IMG/VR virus record: IMGVR_UViG_3300012983_000030
Strand: one strand, 5' to 3'
DNA length: 64,000 bases
From: a virus
Taxonomy: Duplodnaviria > Heunggongvirae > Uroviricota > Caudoviricetes
Shown here: one piece after another, positions 54,636 through 62,709 of the stretch
How the letters are laid out: every line of letters starts with the position of its first letter
Numbering within the stretch: position 1 is the first letter of the stretch
Position numbers and translations under genes: made by a program
Notes under the pieces: model-generated
What the model was told of the DNA's origin: nothing
Databases searched by the model: none
The model's input: only the letters and a program-made list of their open reading frames with translations

Positions 54636-55511
54636 TTACACCGCTATTGGAAAAGATACTTTTGGACCATGTTCATAATTTTCAAGAGTTGCCATTTCAT
54701 ATCTAAAGTTAAATACATCTGCTTCTGGAGTTAAGACCAACTTAGGTAATTTGAAATCAGTTTGTTTCCAAGCTTCCATATTTTCTTTTACTATAGATAC
54801 GTGATTGTCGTATATATGACAATTACAAAGATTTAATGTAACAGTACCTGGTACCATTCCTACAGTTTGAGCAACTAAGTGTAATAACAAGCTATAAAAT
54901 TGAAAATCAGTAGGTACACCTAAAATTAAATCACAAGAACGTTGATTTACAGTAATATGTAAACGTCCGCCTAAATAATTAAATTGAAATACATATACGC
55001 AAGGAGGTAATGCCATTTGATCTTCTTGAGATGGATTCCATGCATTTACAATCAATCTTCTATCATATGGATTCTTTTTTAAAGTATCTATAACGCGTTT
55101 TATTTGATTAATACCTAAATGCTTATTATCAATGTCATATCTTTCATATGGAGCATTAAATGCAACCCATTGATAGCCATAAATTGGACCAAGGTCACGT
55201 TCGTTAAATTGGGCTTCTTTATCTTTTGGATCAGCAGCTTTTGGATTAGCCCAAGAATTCCAATATTGACATCCTCTATCTTGATAATACTTTTTATCTG
55301 TATTACCCATTAAAAAACATTCTAATTCTACACGACAACCTTTAAACGGTAAAGGTCTAAATGTTAAAATTGGAAAGCCTTCTGCTAAATCATGAGTTAA
55401 AACTTTGTTTAATTTTACTAATGTATTATTTCCTGTACGACAAGGACTTTCTATGCCTTCATTTAAAATTTCTTCTACTAAATCTAAATATTGCTTATCA
55501 TAACTATTCAT
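54636..55511 (-). CDS. thyA: Thymidylate synthase-family enzyme (Asp at the conserved Asn position)
   Basis: CRTG, LGPIYGYQW, DRRLIVNAWNP, LPPC, QRSCDLILGVPTD, CHIYDNH. Confidence 0.9.
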   Translation of the reverse strand: MNSYDKQYLDLVEEILNEGIESPCRTGNNTLVKLNKVLTHDLAEGFPILTFRPLPFKGCRVELECFLMGNTDKKYYQDRGCQYWNSWANPKAADPKDKEAQFNERDLGPIYGYQWVAFNAPYERYDIDNKHLGINQIKRVIDTLKKNPYDRRLIVNAWNPSQEDQMALPPCVYVFQFNYLGGRLHITVNQRSCDLILGVPTDFQFYSLLLHLVAQTVGMVPGTVTLNLCNCHIYDNHVSIVKENMEAWKQTDFKLPKLVLTPEADVFNFRYEMATLENYEHGPKVSFPIAV

Positions 55512-55579
55512 TATAATCCCCTTTTTGAAATTAATCTATAATATAGAATTCATATTAAACAACTAGTCTAATAATTATT

Positions 55580-56251
55580 TTAATCCCAAGTCATACTTTT
55601 TACTAATTCCCAAGGAGCAATATTACTGTCTTTTAATTTACGATATATTTGATATGTATTGTTTCTATTTATATATTCGCCTTTTACTTTTCCATTCCAT
55701 CTTTCCAAGATATAAGTTTCTGCTTCTTCTAAAGTATTTAAATCCATATATAAAGGCATATAATTGTTACTTATCCACTTATGAATATTTTCATAATTTT
55801 TTGTAATACAATGTCTAATGTCACCGTTTGGATAACGTACATCTACTAAATATTTATATAAAGAGGGCCATTTAGATATAATTTCTACTACTTCAACTAA
55901 AGATTTGTTTATAAACTCAGGTCTAGAAAAGCCTGCAATTTGTACACGTTTAACAATACAGCGAGAAGGAAGAATATTAATATTTCTTCCAATTGGCATA
56001 TTGTGTACTGCATATATTAATATATTTGTCGGATTAATCCCAGCTTTTGTTTCTAAAATTCGCCATTGTCTAGAAAAACGTATATTTTCAAAAGTATGAC
56101 TAAAAGTGTCTTTCTTTACTTCTATATCAATTAAATATCCGTTTTTTAGATTAACACAAGCATCTAAATCAGTAATGCCATTAGAAAATCGGCTCAGTGA
56201 GCTAAAATCTAATGGCTGTTCTAAAGCTTCTTGATTGCGTATAATTGACAT
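55580..56251 (-). CDS. Putative PD-(D/E)XK nuclease-fold protein with C-terminal extension
   Basis: ITDLDACV...LIDIEVK; own motif A promoter. Confidence 0.5.
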   Translation of the reverse strand: MSIIRNQEALEQPLDFSSLSRFSNGITDLDACVNLKNGYLIDIEVKKDTFSHTFENIRFSRQWRILETKAGINPTNILIYAVHNMPIGRNINILPSRCIVKRVQIAGFSRPEFINKSLVEVVEIISKWPSLYKYLVDVRYPNGDIRHCITKNYENIHKWISNNYMPLYMDLNTLEEAETYILERWNGKVKGEYINRNNTYQIYRKLKDSNIAPWELVKSMTWD

Positions 56252-56276
56252 TAATTACTCCTTGTTAACTATACCC

Positions 56277-56308
56277 AGTATAAAGCTAATTATATTTAAT
56301 GTAAAACA
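56277..56308 (-). promoter_or_regulatory. Motif A early promoter
   Basis: Minus strand TGTTTTACA-N17-TATACT. Confidence 0.65.
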
Positions 56309-56313
56309 GATTT

Positions 56314-56685
56314 CTATTTATTTTCTTTTTTTATATCTTGTAATTCAAACCATACCAAACACATCATATTCCACAACGCAGCTTGCAAATGTGTAGATGG
56401 AGTATTTTCAAAATTAGGATCTTCATCCCAACGATTACCTTTTTTATATTCTACCCAATGTCTTAGCATTGCTGCTTCATAACGAGATTGAGCATTATCT
56501 AATTTTTGCCAATTGTTTGGACCATATTTTGCACTACCAACAGTAAAACGTTTTACTGCTGCTTCAATTACTTCCCAAGGTAATAAAGAATAATCAAGCT
56601 TACCTGTATCCCATTTCATACCAACAGATAAATCTTTTTTACCAACAACTTCTTTATATTCTTTCTTTTTATCAGCCATTATCAA
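56314..56685 (-). CDS. dATP/dGTP diphosphohydrolase-domain protein (DUF5664-like)
   Basis: GMKWDTGKLDYSLLP...GSAKYGPNNWQK...AAMLRH...HLQAALWNMMCL. Confidence 0.8.
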   Translation of the reverse strand: MIMADKKKEYKEVVGKKDLSVGMKWDTGKLDYSLLPWEVIEAAVKRFTVGSAKYGPNNWQKLDNAQSRYEAAMLRHWVEYKKGNRWDEDPNFENTPSTHLQAALWNMMCLVWFELQDIKKENK

Positions 56686-56744
56686 TAATCCCTTTATTCA
56701 AGGGCCACAATAATTATTATCATGACCCTTTACGCTTCCCAAGC

Positions 56745-57281
56745 TTATTTTGTACCAGTACTTCCAAAAGCACCTGATTGTCTTTTTGTTTTAGGTCCTT
56801 GTTCATAAGCACTATTTGAAATTTGTATTGCAGCTTCATTCGAAATAGAATGAATAATACCTTGAATAATCTTTTCACCAGGGTTAATCACAGCTGCCCA
56901 TTCTTTAAATCCAAGAAATCCTAAAAATCCACGACGACGAATACGAACATCTTCTTTACCACGAACTACTTTAAATAAGTTAATATGAATTTCTCCACGA
57001 TAACCCGCATCAATAATAGTAGCTCCATATACAGTACCTTTTTTCAAAGATACTCCTGACTTATTGTCCATCTTCATCATTTGAGTATTTTTTAATTTAA
57101 TTTTAATACCTGATGGAATATTAACTTGCTCACCTAAACGAAGATAATATGGTTTGCCTTCATTCCAATCATTTGGAACAAAAAAATCAAAACCTGCATC
57201 TTCATCTCTATTACCTGTAATGTCTTTTACATCACGAACTTTTGTATACTGCATTTTAAAATCCTTTCTTTTAATAATCAC
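56745..57281 (-). CDS. dut: Trimeric dUTPase with an insertion between motifs III and IV
   Basis: DAGFDF, NKSG, IIDAGYRGEI, EKIIQG, RQSGAFGSTG. Confidence 0.9.
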   Translation of the reverse strand: MIIKRKDFKMQYTKVRDVKDITGNRDEDAGFDFFVPNDWNEGKPYYLRLGEQVNIPSGIKIKLKNTQMMKMDNKSGVSLKKGTVYGATIIDAGYRGEIHINLFKVVRGKEDVRIRRRGFLGFLGFKEWAAVINPGEKIIQGIIHSISNEAAIQISNSAYEQGPKTKRQSGAFGSTGTK

Positions 57282-57372
57282 ATTTTATAGAATGTGAAAC
57301 CTATCATTTTTCTACAAAATATTTTTTATTTATTTCCAAACTCTATGAAAATTTAATAATTTCAATTTATAA

Positions 57373-57388
57373 GTTCTAAATAAATAAG
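57373..57388 (+). promoter_or_regulatory. Motif B
   Basis: GTTCTaaataaataag. Confidence 0.5.
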
Positions 57389-57985
57389 TTGTTATATAGA
57401 ATAAGGGAAAATAAAATGTCTAACTTTAGTGTTATGGTAAAAAATGTATTAAAAGAACATAATATCGTATTAAGTGAAGATTCTATTGAAGATTTAAAAA
57501 AGCAAATTAAATATTTAGAAGATGAAATCGCTCGTAATGAATTAGCTGATAATTTTTATTATACAAACGGTGGATATGATTCAGATTCTGCTCAATTACG
57601 TAAATTAAAGAATAAATTAAATGAATTAGAAAGAGCTTCTCGTACTCCAGAAGAAAATGAAAGATTAGATGCCGAAGAAAGAGAACGTAGAGAAAAAGAG
57701 AAAAAGGCCGCTGCAGATTACAATAAGTCTTTATATGATGTTCTTGAAAAATTTCATTTTAACGAAGGTGATAAAATAAAAAACCGCGAAACTGGTGAAA
57801 TTTATGTTGTAGATGAAGTTACAAAAAAATGGGATAGCCATGGTGAAAACTATCCCAAAATGACACCTTATTATCATTATCATATTACATGTTTAGATCC
57901 AAATGCAAAAGATAACTTTGGTAGACCAAAATCTTACTATACCGGTGAAGTTATTCATCGTGGATACGATCTTTATGAAGAATAA
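57389..57985 (+). CDS. Putative internal head protein (likely start ATG 57418)
   Basis: MSNFSVMVKNVLKEHNIVLSEDSIE propeptide-like start; isolated + strand gene with motif B. Confidence 0.55.
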   Translation: MLYRIRENKMSNFSVMVKNVLKEHNIVLSEDSIEDLKKQIKYLEDEIARNELADNFYYTNGGYDSDSAQLRKLKNKLNELERASRTPEENERLDAEERERREKEKKAAADYNKSLYDVLEKFHFNEGDKIKNRETGEIYVVDEVTKKWDSHGENYPKMTPYYHYHITCLDPNAKDNFGRPKSYYTGEVIHRGYDLYEE

Positions 57986-58642
57986 TTAATCTATCCAGTC
58001 TATTTCTGGTAATCCATTGTAAGAATTATCCCAAATAAACATTGCATATGCGGCGGCACCACCATTTTTAAAAGTGCCGCCATTTTTTCCACAGCCTTGC
58101 CTATTTACATATTGCCATACATGTTTAAGTTTTCTATTCTTAAATAAATCTAAACGTCCTTTTGTTTCTAAAAAAGTAGTTTTCAAAAACATAATACAAA
58201 TACCATCAGAATCTAGTAATTCTAAAGATTTTTCAACAAATGTTTTGGATAAAGCATACGGAGGATTAGTAAATATACACTTTAAATATGGCTTCCATTC
58301 ATCACGTAAATTTTCTTTATTTAACTGTAAAAAGTCAATATTACCTTCACCATATCCTCTATCTACTAAATCAGTACCCAATACATCATATCCTTCAGCT
58401 ACTAATTCTTTTGCAATATGTCCTTGTCCAACCGCACATTCCCAAATCTTTTTTGGTAATTTAAAATTTCTTTCTTTACATTTTTTAAGAAAGAGTTGAA
58501 TTGATTCAGGATGAGTCGCATAAAAGTCATTTTCTGCTACATTTTCTTCTTTAGTACGATGATTGCAAGCATAAATAGCTGTATTTCCTGTCCAATCTTT
58601 AGCCATTTTAATATTCCTCCTGTGTATTACCAGATTCTTCAT
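57986..58642 (-). CDS. DNA N6-adenine (or N4-C) methyltransferase, phage type
   Basis: DFYATH, IWECAVGQGHI (SAM motif), TDLVDRGYG, IFTNPPY. Confidence 0.85.
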   Translation of the reverse strand: MKNLVIHRRNIKMAKDWTGNTAIYACNHRTKEENVAENDFYATHPESIQLFLKKCKERNFKLPKKIWECAVGQGHIAKELVAEGYDVLGTDLVDRGYGEGNIDFLQLNKENLRDEWKPYLKCIFTNPPYALSKTFVEKSLELLDSDGICIMFLKTTFLETKGRLDLFKNRKLKHVWQYVNRQGCGKNGGTFKNGGAAAYAMFIWDNSYNGLPEIDWID

Positions 58643-61600
58643 ACATGTGTTTATATTTATTCCAATAGTGATATTTTGCTTTTAATACATAAATATGGTC
58701 TTTTTCTAATTTACATGGTATCATTTCAAGTAATTCATTTAAAGGTACCTGTGAAATTAGAATTGGAGACAATTTTTGACAAGCAGCGAATCGATTGCCT
58801 TCGCCCCAATCTTGACGTTTAATATGTCTTTCTAAGGCTTTTATCGTTACTTGTCCTTTATATTGAGTAGGTTGCTTTAATTCCTCTTTTAATTTAGGTA
58901 AATTATCAAGAATAGACTCTACATCAAATTCATATTTATTTTCACTATATAAAGTTTGTAATTCACCTGTTTTTGGATTCTCTTGATCAGGTGTACGCGT
59001 ATATCTACTAGGCTGTGCGCATTGTTCATCTGCATTCTGTAAGCCTAGATTATATGCTAAATAATACCAAATCTTTTTATAAGCTGTACTTGTAACAGGT
59101 TTATTTAGTCTCACGACAATATGATATGACCTATGTCCTGACCATACAATACGATAAGTATATTGTTCAATCTTCTTAATCAATTCTTCTTGCTCTTCTC
59201 TACTCAAATAGTCACATTCAAATAAGAAGTTTTGCGATACTACACCTGCTTTGGTTGGATATAAATCAGTATTGTCTTTTAATGGATTCAAAGCTTGTAA
59301 ATATGCAGGTTCTTCTACTTTTGTATAATTAATATCATAATATGGACCAAATACTTCTTTTCTATTTAATAAATTCTTTGCAAAATTAACATATTCAGAA
59401 GTATTTATTTCATCCATTTCCAATTTATTGATATCATCAACAATAAGCATATGGTCTGTAAAACCTGTAATCTTAGAAATAGAATTAGTCAAAGCAGTAA
59501 TATTATTACCATTTTCATCTTTCATGGCTTTGCCTTTGGCATCTTTTACAACTACTTCTCTTTCATTTCTACTTCTACTATAATAAGCTTGAGTTCGAGG
59601 ATCATCTGCTTTACCAATAACAAAAGCCAAACTTCTACCTTCTACTTTTTTATTAGTTGTAGCATCATAAATTTCACCAACACTGTGTCGTTTATATATT
59701 ACAAAATCTCGTGGTAATACTCCTTCTAACAAAGCTTTATGAGTAACAATATTACATAAAATCTTTGAAGTTGCTTTACCAAACTTTTCATTTGATAAAT
59801 AAAATCCTTTTGATTTTACTTTACCATTTGTAAATTGACAATAATAATTATTTACATTATTTTGTTGTAAAATAGCAATCTCATCAAACTCTAATACTAA
59901 GCGAGTTTCTTCCATCCATTTTTCACAGATTGGCATAAAATCAACATCAGATTGTCTTTCAATCATAATACCATCTGTATTAGTCTGAACAATATTAAAA
60001 CCTGCTTCAAATAAACGCTTTGCTAAGATAAATAATAAAAGCTGACCATGTACACATATGGTTGAATTTGACCAAGTATCATATAATGGATTATATGCAG
60101 AAAGCATAGCTCCGATTGCACCATTTAATACTAATTTTAGACCTTGATTAAGTAAGTCTTTTCCAGTATGTTTTGCTTCAATTCTAGTCTTATATACTTG
60201 CTCATAAGAATCTGGATTTGCAGCAGCTCCTCGTGACATTAATCCATACTGAATTAATAAAGAAGGATACAAACTTGCAACGTCCATATTTACAAGATTT
60301 TCTGATCCATAACCTAATAAGGCTTGATGTAATCCTCCAAATCCAAATTGATACAAGTGACCTTCATCTTCACCACCCATATAATATTCAAACTTTTCCT
60401 TTATGTAATTTTCATTATCTTGATTTTTTAAATAAAAGTCAAGTAAAGTGGTACCAGCTAATTCTTTCATAGCCAATTCAGGAATAGCATAAAACTGTTT
60501 TTTATTGTTTACTATTTTAAAGGTATTTGCAGAATTTGGTTTTGCATCTTCACCACATAATACTTTTCCTGCGAAAGAAGCGGACTTAGTGATTAAATTC
60601 AAAGCCTTCATTTTATATTCTACAATCAAATTCCACTTAATATCATATGAATCTCTTGCAAATTCACGCATTTTATATTTTGGATTTTCTTTTTTGGCTT
60701 CAACATCTTCTGGTTTAGGCAAAAACAATTCTAATGTATTATCTACGTCCATTTCGCAGTATCTTTCAACATCTATTCTTTCAGAAGGTGTTAATGGAGT
60801 TTGAATATCAAAAGGTACGCTAGAATCATAATTACGTTTATCTAAAACTGACATTGTTAATTTTTTCAAAGAATTTCTACGAATATCAAAAGGTAGATGT
60901 AAAGAAATATCCCATGAAATAAAGTTTGGAGGAGTAACATTAGGAATTACTTCACCTCTACTATTATAGCAAAGTCCATGCTCTACTTTACATACTTTGT
61001 ATTCTTCTTTAAAATCAGGATATCTTTTTACTTGTTCATCATTAATTAAAGCATCTGAAAATTCTTTTACAGTTTTAGTATCTTCTACTGCATAAGGATA
61101 TGCCATTGCATGTCTAATTACTGAATCGTCATACCCACTATTATTAAAACCAATTAAGATTTTATCTTTTATCCATTCTCTTAAACTGTCAGCATCATTC
61201 CAACAAATTACAGTATTCTTTTTATCTAAACTCTTAGCTACAAATAACCAATCGTACTTAAATACCTCAATATCGTATACCCACTCATAACGATGATCTA
61301 TATTATATCCATCTCGTTCACGCTGTTTTGCATCCATTGTATCATGAATATATTTTTTATAGGCATCTTTATACCATTTATCATACCATTCTGAGCGTGT
61401 ACCATTTGGATTAGATTCATCACCTCTAAATACAAAACTTGAGCGTGTAGAATTTAATTTTGAACCTTCTTCTTCGCTTATTGGTGTAATAAATAAAGGT
61501 TGTTTTGTTTCAGTATCTTTATATTTATATGAAGAAAGAATTGTTTCAATATCCTCACTATAAACAGGCACTGTAGTTAAAGCTTTCTTAAGTGCCGCTT

Positions 61601-62393
61601 TAAATTCTTCTTTTATTTCAACAGAATCTTCTTCGCAAATTTTATCGTTAAGAGAATAAAGCAACTCTATATTAGTAAATGCATCATAAATTTTAAAATA
61701 TTCTGTTTTTTTAGCAATTTTATTTATTTTTGTATTAAATCTAAAACCTTTTAATATACCTTCATTATATAAATCACAGATACTATTGAGTTTATTGATG
61801 ATTGTTCTTGTATCACAATATGGAGATTTTACAATATTTTTACTTATTTCTGTTTCATCTAATATTGATGCAATTTGTGAATAGTCTTCGTTTACACCCG
61901 GAAGAACAATATAAGGAATATGCCAAGACTCTTTAATAGATATTTCTTTACTAAATATTTCAATAGTATTATTATATTCACGTAAAGTACAAATTCTACC
62001 ATCTGAATCAATTGAAGAAGAATAATCTTCTTTAAATGCATCAAAAGCGGCTTGTCCAACAAAACCAAATATTAATTCATTTTTATGAAGTGTGCCTTTT
62101 TTAAAATATCTTTCTAAAATTGGAATTAATGTTAATCTTGAAAAATTTTTCTCATCTATATTAGATACTGCACAAATATGTGTTTCTGCTGATTTAAATT
62201 TACTTTTAAAACATTCAGATAAATACATCAAACCTTTAGTAGAATTGAATAACTCTTCTTTATCATTTTCTAATGGTCTATCCATTATTAAAATAAGTTT
62301 TGGACCAAGAGTACTTTCATAATCATTTAGCAAAGGTCTGTTGATGTACATATATATATTCTCCAAATTAGTGTATATAAAAATAGAATCCAC
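58608..62393 (-). CDS. Family-B DNA polymerase with N-terminal UDG-like and C-terminal AEP primase/PriCT-like domains
   Basis: Exo YDIEVF, GFNNSGYDD, YCEMDV; Pol MDVASLYPS, KLVLNGAIG, NTDG; C-terminal FLFECD, SGHRSYH, D...SRYTRTP, GEGNR. Confidence 0.9.
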   Translation of the reverse strand: MDSIFIYTNLENIYMYINRPLLNDYESTLGPKLILIMDRPLENDKEELFNSTKGLMYLSECFKSKFKSAETHICAVSNIDEKNFSRLTLIPILERYFKKGTLHKNELIFGFVGQAAFDAFKEDYSSSIDSDGRICTLREYNNTIEIFSKEISIKESWHIPYIVLPGVNEDYSQIASILDETEISKNIVKSPYCDTRTIINKLNSICDLYNEGILKGFRFNTKINKIAKKTEYFKIYDAFTNIELLYSLNDKICEEDSVEIKEEFKAALKKALTTVPVYSEDIETILSSYKYKDTETKQPLFITPISEEEGSKLNSTRSSFVFRGDESNPNGTRSEWYDKWYKDAYKKYIHDTMDAKQRERDGYNIDHRYEWVYDIEVFKYDWLFVAKSLDKKNTVICWNDADSLREWIKDKILIGFNNSGYDDSVIRHAMAYPYAVEDTKTVKEFSDALINDEQVKRYPDFKEEYKVCKVEHGLCYNSRGEVIPNVTPPNFISWDISLHLPFDIRRNSLKKLTMSVLDKRNYDSSVPFDIQTPLTPSERIDVERYCEMDVDNTLELFLPKPEDVEAKKENPKYKMREFARDSYDIKWNLIVEYKMKALNLITKSASFAGKVLCGEDAKPNSANTFKIVNNKKQFYAIPELAMKELAGTTLLDFYLKNQDNENYIKEKFEYYMGGEDEGHLYQFGFGGLHQALLGYGSENLVNMDVASLYPSLLIQYGLMSRGAAANPDSYEQVYKTRIEAKHTGKDLLNQGLKLVLNGAIGAMLSAYNPLYDTWSNSTICVHGQLLLFILAKRLFEAGFNIVQTNTDGIMIERQSDVDFMPICEKWMEETRLVLEFDEIAILQQNNVNNYYCQFTNGKVKSKGFYLSNEKFGKATSKILCNIVTHKALLEGVLPRDFVIYKRHSVGEIYDATTNKKVEGRSLAFVIGKADDPRTQAYYSRSRNEREVVVKDAKGKAMKDENGNNITALTNSISKITGFTDHMLIVDDINKLEMDEINTSEYVNFAKNLLNRKEVFGPYYDINYTKVEEPAYLQALNPLKDNTDLYPTKAGVVSQNFLFECDYLSREEQEELIKKIEQYTYRIVWSGHRSYHIVVRLNKPVTSTAYKKIWYYLAYNLGLQNADEQCAQPSRYTRTPDQENPKTGELQTLYSENKYEFDVESILDNLPKLKEELKQPTQYKGQVTIKALERHIKRQDWGEGNRFAACQKLSPILISQVPLNELLEMIPCKLEKDHIYVLKAKYHYWNKYKHMYEESGNTQEEY

Positions 62394-62444
62394 ACTAAAT
62401 ATGGATTCTACTTAATTATTTTTGAAAATTTTTCAAATAATTTT

Positions 62445-62690
62445 CTATTCTAAACCAACTGCAGTTTCATATAATTCAAAAATATATTTTTCTTCATCGC
62501 GCTCGTTTTTAGCACGTGCTCTTTGTTTAATTACATGTCTCAATGCTTTTACATCAAAACCTGCAGATTTTGCTTCGGCATAAATGTCTTTAATATCACC
62601 ACTTATACCTTTCTTTTCTTCTTCGAGGTGTTCGATTCGTTCAATCAAAGATTTTAAACGTTCATTATCAATTCCACCAACTTCAGTCAT
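62445..62690 (-). CDS. gapR: GapR (DUF2312) nucleoid-associated protein
   Basis: RLKSLIERIEHLEEEKKGISGDIKDIYAEAKSAGFDVKALRHVIKQR...YETAVG. Confidence 0.9.
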   Translation of the reverse strand: MTEVGGIDNERLKSLIERIEHLEEEKKGISGDIKDIYAEAKSAGFDVKALRHVIKQRARAKNERDEEKYIFELYETAVGLE

Positions 62691-62709
62691 TTTATTTATA
62701 TCTCCTTTA

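Noticed and set aside
56314-56685. Z-genome (2-aminoadenine) call based on the DUF5664-like gene
   Set aside because: No PurZ or DatZ is seen in the window, and the domain also occurs without Z synthesis; kept only as part of the broader cluster hypothesis.
56900-56930. GFLGFLG similarity to viral fusion peptides
   Set aside because: A short low-complexity match inside a cytoplasmic enzyme; likely coincidental.
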